DNA from: Candidatus Undinarchaeota archaeon
Lineage (GTDB): Archaea; SpSt-1190; JASMDC01
DNA length: 64,000 nucleotides
Assembly (NCBI GenBank): GCA_964519305.1
Contig: CAZFHY010000002.1
Coordinates: forward strand, 96,001 to 160,000
Direction of reading: 5' to 3'
The position numbers and the translations under genes are program-made. The number at the start of each line of letters is the position of its first letter. Position 1 is the stretch's first letter. Below the pieces are notes generated by a model. That model was not told the origin of the DNA, made no database searches, and saw nothing but the letters and a program-made list of their open reading frames with translations. Shown one piece after another: positions 1-10,005 of this stretch.

Positions 1-390
1 AGGCGCATGGTCAAGAACCGGCGGGTCCGCCCAGGAGCTCTTCATCCATGCATCGCAGTAATCATGAATGACGTTCTCGGCCTCGGAGCGGGTCACGTCC
101 TTCGCTGCATCCCAAGCGGCTTCAAGTGGTGATGGGATGGGCTCCTCAATAGGTTCGACCGTTTCCGTCGGTGGAGCCTCTGTGGCTACCGGCGCTTCTG
201 TTGGTGCGGCCGTTGCAGCGGGCGTGTCAGGTGCTTCCGTTGGTGAGGTGGGGGCCTTGGTTGGTTCGGTCGTCGTCGCGGGAGCTTTGGGTGGAGTGGT
301 GGCCGCCGGACCTTCGGTCGGGGCGTCATCTCCGCCCATGCAACCGGCCAAGAGGCATAGAGCGATGAGCAGTACTACGGTGTTTTTCAT
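1..390 (-). CDS. Lipoprotein with Pro/Thr/Ala-rich linker (5' part only, runs off window start)
   Basis: Not in ORF track. Manual translation from ATG 390: MKNTVVLLIALCLLAGC (lipobox LAGC), then PTEGPAATTPPKAPATTTEPTKAP...; TTTTAAA box at 419-413 upstream. Confidence 0.75.
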   Translation of the reverse strand, partial: MKNTVVLLIALCLLAGCMGGDDAPTEGPAATTPPKAPATTTEPTKAPTSPTEAPDTPAATAAPTEAPVATEAPPTETVEPIEEPIPSPLEAAWDAAKDVTRSEAENVIHDYCDAWMKSSWADPPVLDHAP

Positions 391-487
391 GATTCGTCAG
401 ATGGAACCCATCTTTAAAAGCTGTTCGCTGTCGCCAGGCCGAGGCAGGGACAATGTATATAAACAGCGTCCCCTGCCGAGCCCCCTC

Positions 488-1192
488 ATGAGCTGGCGGG
501 AGGATCTTATCGCGGAACTTGATGGTGGTCAGCATTCGATCGGCCACGGTATCGAGCATGGTAGGCGTGTGTACGAGAACGCCCAGGCCATAGCCGATAT
601 CGAGGGTGGCGATGACGATGTGCTGTTCGCGGCCTCCTACCTCCACGATGTGGCCCGCCCTCTCGTCCCATCCACGGACGGGACCCAGCACCCCATCCTC
701 GGTGCCCAGATGGCCGGGGAGATCCTCGATGAGATCGGATTCCCTCAGGAGAAGGTCGACGCTGTCAAGCACGCCATCCTCGCACACGAGACCTACGTGG
801 ACAATCCAGATGGACGTGAACCTCTGACCTATTCAGAGGACCTGATCCTCGCCGACGCCGACCGCATCGATGCTCTGGGCGAGCGCTGCGTGCGCACCCT
901 CCAGTACGGCGGCTCCACACGTCCTGTGTACGATCCGGACAATCCTGACCGTGAAAAGTTATGGACCATGGGGGAGCCGGCGGTGGATTCCCTCCAGGTC
1001 ATCGAGGCCTACATAACCCGTTACGAGAACGGCACTCTCTTATCCTCCGAAGGGGGTAGGGCCGTTGCCAAGGACCGTGTCGCCTACATGAAAGGACTGG
1101 TGGAAGGTGCCAAGTTAGTGGGCGAGAAGTACTTCTACGAGGAGCCCGGCCCCGATGATGCCGCTCCGGCGGCCGCCGAGGCCTATGCGTAA
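488..1192 (+). CDS. HD-domain phosphohydrolase
   Basis: HGIEHGRRV, LHDV, HPILGA, DADRIDALG motifs; TATATAAA at 456-463 places start at ATG 488 rather than 68. Confidence 0.85.
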   Translation: MSWREDLIAELDGGQHSIGHGIEHGRRVYENAQAIADIEGGDDDVLFAASYLHDVARPLVPSTDGTQHPILGAQMAGEILDEIGFPQEKVDAVKHAILAHETYVDNPDGREPLTYSEDLILADADRIDALGERCVRTLQYGGSTRPVYDPDNPDREKLWTMGEPAVDSLQVIEAYITRYENGTLLSSEGGRAVAKDRVAYMKGLVEGAKLVGEKYFYEEPGPDDAAPAAAEAYA

Positions 1193-1358
1193 TTAGTGAA
1201 TCCCACTAGCTCATCGTGTCACTCTGATTCGGGACAAGGTGCTGTGTCACTAAGCGTAAGTAACACATACCCCAAAACCCACACATATAAACCGAATCTC
1301 CTACTGTGCCGGGCTGGGTACGGGTCTATAGATCGCACACCTAGGGAAAGTGGTACAT

Positions 1359-2729
1359 ATGTACGAAATCGAAGACACGGTCAATCAGGATGTCGAACGG
1401 GAGAACGTCATCATCATGGGCGCCGCGGGGCGCGACTTCCACGACTTCAACGTCAAGTTTCGCGAGGACGCACAGTATAACGTCGTTGCCTTCACGGCGA
1501 CCCAGATCCCCGACATAGACGGACGGACATATCCCGCTCAACTGTCGGGTGAGCTCTATCCGAACGGAGTCCCCATCTATGACGAGGCCGAGCTACCGCG
1601 CCTCATCAAGGAGCACAACGTCAAGACCGTGATCCTATCGTACAGCGACCTGGCCCATGAGGACGTGATGCACAAGGCATCAACCGTGCTCGCAGCGGGT
1701 GCGAACTTCCAGTTGCTGGGCACCGACGATATATTCCTCGAGTCCTCCAAGCCCGTGATCGCAGTCAACGCCGTGCGCACCGGATGCGGCAAGAGCCAGA
1801 CCACGCGTGCCATCGCCGACAACCTCATCGAGCGGGGCTACAACGTGGTCGCCGTGCGACATCCCATGCCCTATGGCGATCTGGTGAAACAGGAGTGCCA
1901 GCGGTTCGAAACCTACGACGACCTGAACGTACAAGAGTGCACTATCGAGGAGCGGGAGGAGTACGAGCCCTACATCGACCGGGGTATGGTCGTGTACGCT
2001 GGTGTCGACTATGGTAAGATACTCGCCGAGGCAGAGAAGGAGGCCGACATTATCCTCTGGGACGGAGGTAACAATGACGTGCCTTTCTACCGACCTGACC
2101 TCCAGATAACCATCGTCGATCCACATCGTGCAGGCCACGAGCTGACCTATCACCCGGGTGAGGTCAACCTCCGCACCGCCGACGTGGTCCTCATCGGTAA
2201 GGAGGCCACCGCCGACTACAAGGATATTGAGACCGTACGTCACAACACGCGTGAGGCGAATCCTGATGCTACAATCATCGATTCAGCGTCGGTCATCACC
2301 GTGGAGGACGTTTCCCTCGTCGAGGGTAAGCGCGTGCTGGTCGTGGAGGACGGCCCCACATGCACTCATGGTGGCATGGGCTTCGGAGCAGGGCTCATCG
2401 CGGCCGAGAAGTTCGGTGCGGCCGAGATGGTGGACGGCCGCGACTCAGCAGCAGGCTCGCTCAAGGACGTCTACGAGAAGTTCACGCACCTGGGGAAGGT
2501 GCTGCCTGCCATGGGCTACTCGCCCGAGCAGGTGAAGGACCTCGAGAGGACGATCAACGAGAGCGATGCTGAGGTGGTGGTCATGGGCACGCCTATCGAC
2601 CTAAACCGCATCATGACCATCAACAAGCCCACAGTCCGTGTGCACTACGAGCTTGCCACGATCGGACAGCCGGACCTGGACGATGTGCTGGACCGGTTCG
2701 AGCGAGAGGTAGTGGATAAGGAGGAGTAG
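1359..2729 (+). CDS. COG2403-type P-loop protein (cyclic 2,3-diphosphoglycerate synthetase-like / arginine synthetase ArcE-like)
   Basis: IIMGAAGRDFHDFN, AFTATQIP, AVRTGCGKSQT (P-loop), RHPMPYG, TIEEREEYE, WDGGNND, EDGPT, LPAMGY. Confidence 0.8.
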   Translation: MYEIEDTVNQDVERENVIIMGAAGRDFHDFNVKFREDAQYNVVAFTATQIPDIDGRTYPAQLSGELYPNGVPIYDEAELPRLIKEHNVKTVILSYSDLAHEDVMHKASTVLAAGANFQLLGTDDIFLESSKPVIAVNAVRTGCGKSQTTRAIADNLIERGYNVVAVRHPMPYGDLVKQECQRFETYDDLNVQECTIEEREEYEPYIDRGMVVYAGVDYGKILAEAEKEADIILWDGGNNDVPFYRPDLQITIVDPHRAGHELTYHPGEVNLRTADVVLIGKEATADYKDIETVRHNTREANPDATIIDSASVITVEDVSLVEGKRVLVVEDGPTCTHGGMGFGAGLIAAEKFGAAEMVDGRDSAAGSLKDVYEKFTHLGKVLPAMGYSPEQVKDLERTINESDAEVVVMGTPIDLNRIMTINKPTVRVHYELATIGQPDLDDVLDRFEREVVDKEE

Positions 2730-2801
2730 AAGGCACCGCTGTGGTCCGTGTCCCGTCCGGGAGACCATGGGTTAATAAACTTCGACCTAGCTCTCGGTAG
2801 C

Positions 2802-3761
2802 ATGGCCGCGGTGTGCCCTGTACCGGACCGTTCGTACCTGTACAGAGCGCATGTCGTGCTTGTGCTCCTCGTGCTCACCATGGGCTGCAATGGCGGCCCA
2901 CCACCTGGCGAGAGCGACGGCCGTCTTGTCATCGTGGTAACGCTCTCCCCCCAGGTCGAGTTAGTGGAGAGGGTAGGTGGTGACCGCGTGCGCGTCATCC
3001 TCATGGTCCCGCCTGGAGCGAGCCCCCATACCTACGAACCGACACCGTCGCAGATGCGGGATATCGCCTCAGCGAGCGTCTATTTCAAGATAGGGTCGGG
3101 CGTTGAGTTCGAGACCGCCTGGCTCGACAAGCTATTGGGCGTCAATCCGTCGCTCCCAATCATCGACGGGGCCGCGGGTATCGAGCTAATCGGTGAGATA
3201 CATGAGGAGAATGGGACACCTGAAGAGGAACACAATGATGAAGGTCCTGAAGACGCCGGGACCCATCACCACACAGGCACCGATCCTCATATCTGGCTCT
3301 CCCCGGTGAACGCCAAGCGTATGGTGATGAACTTCGCCCGAGGTCTTGCAGAAGTGGACCCGGATCACTCGGGAGATTATCACGCGAACGCCATTGCATA
3401 CATAGCAGAGCTCGACGAGCTTGACGCCTATTTCCGGCAGAGGTTCGAGGGGAAGACGGACAGGACCTTCCTGACCTACCACCCCTCTTTCAGCTATCTG
3501 GCACGGGAGTACGGCCTTGACCAGGTAGGGATCGAACATGAGGGGAAGGAACCGACGCCCCAGGCGCTCCAGCAGGCCATCGAGGATGCGCGGGCGCACG
3601 ATCTGGCCTTCGTCTTCATTAATCCCCAGTTCTCGACCCGCAATGCCGAGACCGTGGCTAGGGAGCTCGATAGCACCACGCGGCCCCTGGACCCGCTCCC
3701 GCGAGCTTATATCACCGACATGAGGGCCATTGCGGACGCACTGGCCGAGGAGTTCTCCTGA
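2802..3761 (+). CDS. znuA: Zn/Mn ABC transporter substrate-binding lipoprotein
   Basis: SPHTYEP, DPHIWLSP, TYHPSFSY motifs; His/Glu-rich loop; lipobox-like LTMGC. Confidence 0.9.
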   Translation: MAAVCPVPDRSYLYRAHVVLVLLVLTMGCNGGPPPGESDGRLVIVVTLSPQVELVERVGGDRVRVILMVPPGASPHTYEPTPSQMRDIASASVYFKIGSGVEFETAWLDKLLGVNPSLPIIDGAAGIELIGEIHEENGTPEEEHNDEGPEDAGTHHHTGTDPHIWLSPVNAKRMVMNFARGLAEVDPDHSGDYHANAIAYIAELDELDAYFRQRFEGKTDRTFLTYHPSFSYLAREYGLDQVGIEHEGKEPTPQALQQAIEDARAHDLAFVFINPQFSTRNAETVARELDSTTRPLDPLPRAYITDMRAIADALAEEFS

Positions 3762-3847
3762 GCGCCACGGGCATGCGTCAGGTTTAAGAAAAGCAGCCCG
3801 CTCTCAGTGGCGAAGGCCCGGTGCCTCATGCACATAAGGTGACCGCC

Positions 3848-4603
3848 ATGGTTGAGGAGAAGGTGATCGTCAGGCTCGATGGGGTTGACGTCTCTTTCGG
3901 TGGCAATCCTGTGCTCGATGGTGTCACTCTCGACATCCATGAGAACGACTACATGGCCATCCTCGGTCCCAATGGGGGCGGGAAGAGCACCTTGCTAAAG
4001 GTGATCCTGGGCCTCATCCCACCCGACGCCGGCAAGGTGGAGGTGTTCGACACCTCGCCTGAAGAAGGTCGACGGCGTATCGGATACCTCCCTCAGTACG
4101 CCCGGTTCGATCTCGAGTTCCCGATTTCTGTGAACGAGGTCGTGCTAATGGGGCGGTACCGTGGTCCTTTCAGTGGCTATACTGCACTGGACCACCAGAA
4201 GGTCACAGAAGCGCTCGAAACCGTTGAGATGAGCGAGTATGGTGACCGGCAGATTGGGGCGCTCTCCGGAGGTCAGCTCCAGCGCGTGCTCCTTGCCCGG
4301 GCCCTCGCGCGGGAACCAGAGCTCCTGCTACTGGATGAGCCCATGGCCAGCATCGATCCGGACATGCAGAGGTCCTTCTACGAGCTCATGGCCGAACTCC
4401 GTGACAGGATGGCCGTCGTAATGGTGACCCACGACATCGGTGTGATGTCCGAGGAGGTCGTGGAGATCGCATGCCTCAACCGGAAGCTCTTCCATCATGG
4501 GGGCGCCGAGGGCGGGGCTGAAGCCCTGGAGGAGGCGTACGCCTGTCCGATACAGCTAATCGGTCACGGCCACCCTCACCGTGTGCTCAGGAGGCATGAG
4601 TGA
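3848..4603 (+). CDS. znuC: Zn/Mn ABC transporter ATPase
   Basis: [27 protein letters not shown]; C-terminal HGHPHRVL. Confidence 0.92.
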   Translation: MVEEKVIVRLDGVDVSFGGNPVLDGVTLDIHENDYMAILGPNGGGKSTLLKVILGLIPPDAGKVEVFDTSPEEGRRRIGYLPQYARFDLEFPISVNEVVLMGRYRGPFSGYTALDHQKVTEALETVEMSEYGDRQIGALSGGQLQRVLLARALAREPELLLLDEPMASIDPDMQRSFYELMAELRDRMAVVMVTHDIGVMSEEVVEIACLNRKLFHHGGAEGGAEALEEAYACPIQLIGHGHPHRVLRRHE

Positions 4604-5409
4604 TGCTCGAGGTCCTCCAGTACGAGTTCATGCGCAACGCCCTGATGGCGAGCGTGCTCGTGAGCATAGCCTGTGGTGTTGTCGGCACCTACGTGGTCGT
4701 TAAGCGCATCGTGTTCATCAGCGGCGGCATCGCCCACGCGGCGTTCGGCGGCATAGGTCTGGGGTATCTACTTGGTATCAGCCCCATCCTGACCGCAATA
4801 CCCTTCAGCCTCATGTCGGCAGTGGCCATCGGTGTGCTAGGTCACAGGGAACGTATCAGTGAGGATACCTCAATCGGGATTCTCTGGGCGATGGGGATGG
4901 CGTTGGGGATCATCTTCATAGGGCTGGCACCCGGGTACGCCCCCGATCTTATGAGCTACCTTTTCGGTAACATCCTCACCGTTCCGGTCACCGACCTGTA
5001 CATGATGCTGGCGCTGGACATCGTGATTGTGGGGACCGTAGCGGTGTTCTACCAGGACTTCCTTGCCATCTCCTTCGACGAGGACTTCGCCACCGTGTCT
5101 GGAGCCCCGTCACAAGCCTTGTACCTGCTGCTCCTATGCCTTGTTGCCCTTAGTGTTGTCGTGCTCATCCGGGTCGTTGGTGTTATCCTGGTGGTCGCGC
5201 TCCTGACCATGCCGGCCGCCATCAGCAGGCAGTTCACCTCACGACTCGACCGGCTCATGGCCCTCTCCGTCCTCGTGGGGATGGTTCTCACTGTGACAGG
5301 CTTGTGGCTCTCGTACGTGCTTGACCTGGCATCGGGCGCCACAATCGTAATGGTGCTGGGAACGGCTTTCCTGCTGACATCGTCATTGTACCGGCCATCG
5401 ACAGCATGA
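4600..5409 (+). CDS. znuB: Zn/Mn ABC transporter permease
   Basis: [16 protein letters not shown]; multiple TM helices; overlaps znuC stop. Confidence 0.92.
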   Translation: MMLEVLQYEFMRNALMASVLVSIACGVVGTYVVVKRIVFISGGIAHAAFGGIGLGYLLGISPILTAIPFSLMSAVAIGVLGHRERISEDTSIGILWAMGMALGIIFIGLAPGYAPDLMSYLFGNILTVPVTDLYMMLALDIVIVGTVAVFYQDFLAISFDEDFATVSGAPSQALYLLLLCLVALSVVVLIRVVGVILVVALLTMPAAISRQFTSRLDRLMALSVLVGMVLTVTGLWLSYVLDLASGATIVMVLGTAFLLTSSLYRPSTA

Positions 5410-5423
5410 TATGAGTGCAAGGC

Positions 5424-8400
5424 TCAAGCCGAGGACATACCATCTTTGGTACGCTCTGCGGTGGAACTGCAGTCACAGTCACAGTTGCGAGGTGTGAGCG
5501 TGCACTGCTCCATGTCGATACGTAGCTGACAGTCGGGCGAACAGCCCGTGCACAGTACGGTGAACCGGCATTGGCCGATCCCGATTGTGGTGTCGATGGA
5601 GGCGAACGCCGCGATGGCCGAGGGATCCGGTGGAACGACAGGTGTCGTCGGTGCGGGGAGCGCCTTGAGCTGGGCGTCCACGACCTCATCGAGCCACACA
5701 CGGTCTGATCCGTCCCGAGCTAACGCCCGGAGGACGTAGGTATCGGGAGCGACGGCGCGGACGGTCTCGGTCCGAACGAGTCGTTCCTCGCCAGGACCAA
5801 GTGCACGGCTGCCTATGAGCGTATCCTCCTTCGAGGTTACTGTACCGTGTTCTTTGGAGACGATTGTGGCCTCGATCTTACCCGAGAAGGGCGTGGCGAG
5901 AGGATTCTTGATCCACACGGCCGCCGTAGCCTCCTCATCGTCCTCAACCGTGTCCAAGACGCGACCTTCAGTATCCATGAAGACCGCGCGCATCACGGTC
6001 AGTACCAGTCTTCGGACCTGGACGAACGCGGAGGGATAGGAAGGAGGACGAGTACCCAGTTGCTCAAGACACCTGGCGGTCATCTCTTTTCCGCAGGTGC
6101 CCGGTACGATGCCCTGCTGTTGTAGGGTGCGGTCCAGTAGAACGGTACCATTAGGGCCGATGGCCTTGACGTGGATGCTCACGACCGAGTCGATATCATC
6201 CTCCTCGGCGGTGAACGGGCCGGTCGGCAAAGGTCGGCTCGGTGCGCGTCTGGTGAGCTTGTAGAAAGCGGCTCCGTTCGCCACGGGCTCGCCAGCCTTC
6301 TCAAGAGATACCGCCACTGCCACGGGTACCACATCGGGATCGATCACGACAGCACCGTTCACCGTCGTCCCCGGGTAGGTCTCGGTGGTCCTCCCGCGAG
6401 GGCCGAGGAAGTATGCATCCCGGACCGCGATGGCGCCAGCAGGCACAACATGTGAGATGGGACCCCGTCCTGTGAGGGTTATCTCGCCTCGTTCATCCAC
6501 GACCTCGATGAACGCCTGGACCGAGACGTTGTCCCGATCGAGCACGTAACTAATCCGACCGAGGTCCAGTCCCTGACCGGGCGCAAGTCGCACCGGGTGT
6601 TCCATGAGTAGCACGATCTCCTCTTGGCAGATGCATCCCTCCTCTGTGCACGAGCACTGTTCGATGATGACCAGATACAAGCGTGCGGTACCACGGAGGG
6701 TGATGCTGCCAGTATTGTTCAGTACACCACCGACGTCCACTTGGTCTCCCTTGCTGAAGACCTGGTTGGGGGCGACCGGAGCGCCGCCCCGGGTCACGAA
6801 CGCTCGGACCGTGCCGACGGGAGCACCTGCGGAGCATGCCGCCTCGCATGCGGTCCCGTTCCCGGGATGGTCCTTGATGCATGCCTCGATGCAAGGAGCG
6901 GCCAGGGGGGAGCAATCGTCGAGACATGCAAGCTCTCCTGATTCAAGGCACGACTCATCGCATGCAGGTACAACATCGTCACAACGCGCAACGCATACGT
7001 CAGCCCTCTCGTCCTTAAAGAGGTCCCTGCACAGCTCAGTGCATGCTCCCCCTGATCCGAACGCCTTACAGGCACGCTCCAAGGGGACTTCCTCGAACTC
7101 GTACTTGCAGCAGAGCCCCGGCCATCGCCGGCACCAGTCGATTGTTACACCGGTGACTATGGGGCCTGCGCACACCGATCCACGAGGGAAGTGAATTGGT
7201 TCAGCACCCGTACTGAACGCCCGCTCACAGCAAGCCATTTCACGCCCTCCGGCGGGGACCGATGGACGGCAGTGCTCGGACGTGAGCAGCCACCAGGATC
7301 CGACCTCGCACACGCAAACACCAAGGTGGGGTTGGCAGTGGGAACGGTCCACCCCGGCGCACACACGACAGACCTCGGTGCACTCCATGGGATTCGAACC
7401 TATACCTGCGAGTGCTGCCTGAACGTCATACCGGTAGCACGACTCTGTGTCTATGAAGAGGTCATCATCAACATCGATGGCGCCCAAGTTATCAACAGCT
7501 CCGCGCTCACGCCATGTGTCGAGCCCTCTCTCCTCCACCACGGCCGCGACCTCCCCGGTAGAAGCGCAGCGACCGCGGTAGTCGCCCCGGTTCGACTCGT
7601 AGCTACCTTGTGACGTAGGTCCGAGGCACCCGGCCGGACCGCTCGTTCCCCCGCAGGCGCCACATAGACGGTGACCGGAACAGTACTCGTCCCAGAGACC
7701 GTTGCCGGGACCGCCGCCCGTGACGGCGCGGATGTCGTACCCTGCACCTGTCTGCCATTCAGCGATGGAGATGTCCCGTACGAAAGCCTCGCTCTGGAGC
7801 AACCGAACCAAGCCCACGAGCTCGCCCTGGAATCCCTCAGATGTGGGGACCTCGCTGAGCAGGACCGCAAGCTCCCGGACTATGGCCTCTGTAGTTGCGT
7901 TCGAGCGATCGGCGAATCCCTGGGCATGCTCGATCCGGAGCCGCTCCGCGAGCCGACGAAGGAGAACGGTGGTCTCGTCGATGCGCGTTACGAGAAGACG
8001 GACGTCCACGACGAGGCCGGTGAGCCGGTTGGCCACCGTACATGGATCGAGCGTCCCCTCACCGAGCACGGCCGAGCCCTCGACGGTACAGACGTCCTTG
8101 AGGTCGGCGGCGTTCTGCTGGCACTCATGCATCCCGCCGGGCGACGGGATGGCGTTCCGCTTCCGACGGGTCACAAGGCTTGCCTGCGTCACCTGAGAAC
8201 ACTCGTGTTCCTCAGGGAGACACCCGGTGACCATCCACGTGTAGTCGATATACCCGTCCTGGCAGGTGAACGGCGGGCCACAGCACTGGCGCTCGGTACA
8301 CGTTCCGGGCTCCGCGTTCATCCGCATCGGTGTCCCTTCTTCCTGGACGATCTCCACCGGTTCCTCTTCCTTGCACAGGTTATCGCAAGCGATGCAGTCG

Positions 8401-10004
8401 AGCACCCATCCCTGGTCGGTCGTTGTGAATATGGTACCGTCCCCGCACCACACATCGCAGGCAGGGCAGTCAACGGTCCATGCGTCGCCAACTGTCCTGA
8501 TGGGCGAGCTCCAGATTACGCCGCTGACCTCTTCCTCGTCGCAGGTGCTGCAGTCGGTCACACCGTCGATGGCGACCAGCTCGATGTCCGACATCCATTG
8601 GCAGGAGTTACGGCAGACGAGGCAGTCTGCCACGATCTCGCCCTCAACGATCCCCACCATCTGTGAATTCTCATCGCACCACGTCGCACAGGCCATGCAG
8701 TCAGCCCCATCCTCATCGATCGGGCTCATCTTCCAGACTCGCTTGTACACGCATTGTGTACAGTCAACGTCCTCGGGCTCCTGTGCGGGCTCTTCCTCGG
8801 GGACAGGTACGCCCTCGCCCTCCGCAGGCGGCTCGCACGTGCGTGGTGAGCCCTCGGTCACGCATCCTTCGATACCCAGATCGTCGGCCCCGCTACCTAT
8901 GGTGCCCACGGGTGCATCGAACACATCGAGCTCCCCGCCAGCATTGCATGCAGTTCTGTCATCGAGCGTGAGGCACTGGTCCGGAGGCACACCTGTGTCG
9001 AAGGGAGCTATGTCGATGTCCACGTCCACGATAGTTCCCTCATCCTCGTCAGCGACTATCTCTATGTCCGCATCCACGTCGACATCGTCGCCCACATCGA
9101 TTCCTGCCCCGGCCTCGACACCGACACCCGCACCGGTGCCCACCTCACCTTCGATGGCAATGCCCACATCCCCGCTGATACCGACGTCCGCGTCCACGTC
9201 GATACCGTCCTCCCCGATCGAGGCGCACACGTTGATATCGACGAAGATGTTGATATCGATGCAGATGCCGATATCAAGACCAAAGCCGTCCCCATCGTCG
9301 CCGGGCTGTGGGAACACGCGGCCCGTATCGAGATCACCGCATGCCGCGGCACTGGCAGCATCGGGCTCCTGGGGGCAGCTCGTCGCGCCCGTAGCGCTCC
9401 GGGCGGCCGCGTTCGGTGCACCTAGCCGACACTCGTGGCCGTAGACGCAGTCCAGGGTGAGGCAGAGCGGGCATGACTCGGCCAGCGGGCCGGGGGCCGA
9501 GTCGGTCGTGCACCAGGCGGACCGGGGATCGTCAGGTGCGCAGATGGTAGTTACGGCCTCTCGGCAGACGTCGGGCCCGAAACCGGGATCGGCGGCCACA
9601 CCGGCAGGTGTAGGGATAGTCGAGAGTCGACCACCGCAGGAGCTGTACCCTTTGGTAGCGAACTCCTGTACCGCACTACGGCAGTTGCTGCACCACTGGT
9701 CGAACCCGAGCCTGATGGAATCAAGGTTGGTGGCGAGCGCATCGTAGTACTGGGAGGCACTTTCGAGGTCGCTGACCACATCGTCGAGGTGTGCGCGCAT
9801 GTTGGCCGTAGTCCGCTCCGGTGAGCAATCCGTGAGGGTAGGATCAAGGCGTGGCCCGTCACCGCCGTTAACGCCCGGTGCCGCGAGCAGCCTCGGGACA
9901 CATATGTTCGAAGCACCGTCTGGGACGCATGCCCCTAGACCCTGTACAGGTAGAACGAGCAGAGCGAGGAGAACGGCCGTCAGTACTGTGTTCCTCATAC
10001 CCAT
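5424..10004 (-). CDS. Giant Cys-rich secreted protein (1526 aa) with internal repeats and C-terminal Ig/CARDB-like domains
   Basis: Sec signal peptide (LTAVLLALLVLPVQG); very Cys-rich; DCxxC and CxxxC repeats; GGAGG SD upstream. Confidence 0.8.
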   Translation of the reverse strand: MGMRNTVLTAVLLALLVLPVQGLGACVPDGASNICVPRLLAAPGVNGGDGPRLDPTLTDCSPERTTANMRAHLDDVVSDLESASQYYDALATNLDSIRLGFDQWCSNCRSAVQEFATKGYSSCGGRLSTIPTPAGVAADPGFGPDVCREAVTTICAPDDPRSAWCTTDSAPGPLAESCPLCLTLDCVYGHECRLGAPNAAARSATGATSCPQEPDAASAAACGDLDTGRVFPQPGDDGDGFGLDIGICIDINIFVDINVCASIGEDGIDVDADVGISGDVGIAIEGEVGTGAGVGVEAGAGIDVGDDVDVDADIEIVADEDEGTIVDVDIDIAPFDTGVPPDQCLTLDDRTACNAGGELDVFDAPVGTIGSGADDLGIEGCVTEGSPRTCEPPAEGEGVPVPEEEPAQEPEDVDCTQCVYKRVWKMSPIDEDGADCMACATWCDENSQMVGIVEGEIVADCLVCRNSCQWMSDIELVAIDGVTDCSTCDEEEVSGVIWSSPIRTVGDAWTVDCPACDVWCGDGTIFTTTDQGWVLDCIACDNLCKEEEPVEIVQEEGTPMRMNAEPGTCTERQCCGPPFTCQDGYIDYTWMVTGCLPEEHECSQVTQASLVTRRKRNAIPSPGGMHECQQNAADLKDVCTVEGSAVLGEGTLDPCTVANRLTGLVVDVRLLVTRIDETTVLLRRLAERLRIEHAQGFADRSNATTEAIVRELAVLLSEVPTSEGFQGELVGLVRLLQSEAFVRDISIAEWQTGAGYDIRAVTGGGPGNGLWDEYCSGHRLCGACGGTSGPAGCLGPTSQGSYESNRGDYRGRCASTGEVAAVVEERGLDTWRERGAVDNLGAIDVDDDLFIDTESCYRYDVQAALAGIGSNPMECTEVCRVCAGVDRSHCQPHLGVCVCEVGSWWLLTSEHCRPSVPAGGREMACCERAFSTGAEPIHFPRGSVCAGPIVTGVTIDWCRRWPGLCCKYEFEEVPLERACKAFGSGGACTELCRDLFKDERADVCVARCDDVVPACDESCLESGELACLDDCSPLAAPCIEACIKDHPGNGTACEAACSAGAPVGTVRAFVTRGGAPVAPNQVFSKGDQVDVGGVLNNTGSITLRGTARLYLVIIEQCSCTEEGCICQEEIVLLMEHPVRLAPGQGLDLGRISYVLDRDNVSVQAFIEVVDERGEITLTGRGPISHVVPAGAIAVRDAYFLGPRGRTTETYPGTTVNGAVVIDPDVVPVAVAVSLEKAGEPVANGAAFYKLTRRAPSRPLPTGPFTAEEDDIDSVVSIHVKAIGPNGTVLLDRTLQQQGIVPGTCGKEMTARCLEQLGTRPPSYPSAFVQVRRLVLTVMRAVFMDTEGRVLDTVEDDEEATAAVWIKNPLATPFSGKIEATIVSKEHGTVTSKEDTLIGSRALGPGEERLVRTETVRAVAPDTYVLRALARDGSDRVWLDEVVDAQLKALPAPTTPVVPPDPSAIAAFASIDTTIGIGQCRFTVLCTGCSPDCQLRIDMEQCTLTPRNCDCDCSSTAERTKDGMSSA
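8373..8769 (-). repeat. Six DCxxC(xxxC) protein repeats within the 1526-aa protein
   Basis: DCTQC, DCMACATWC, DCLVCRNSC, DCSTC, DCPACDVWC, DCIACDNLC. Confidence 0.75.
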
Positions 10005-10005
10005 T

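Noticed and set aside
68-487. Gly/Ala/Val-rich N-terminal extension of the HD ORF
   Set aside because: It is the antisense shadow of the Pro/Thr-rich lipoprotein (390->1); the TATA position supports ATG 488
7671-9444. Long plus-strand ORFs (331 and 392 aa) opposite the 1526-aa gene
   Set aside because: Typical antisense shadows in GC-rich coding DNA; Ser/Thr/Pro-biased, no motifs
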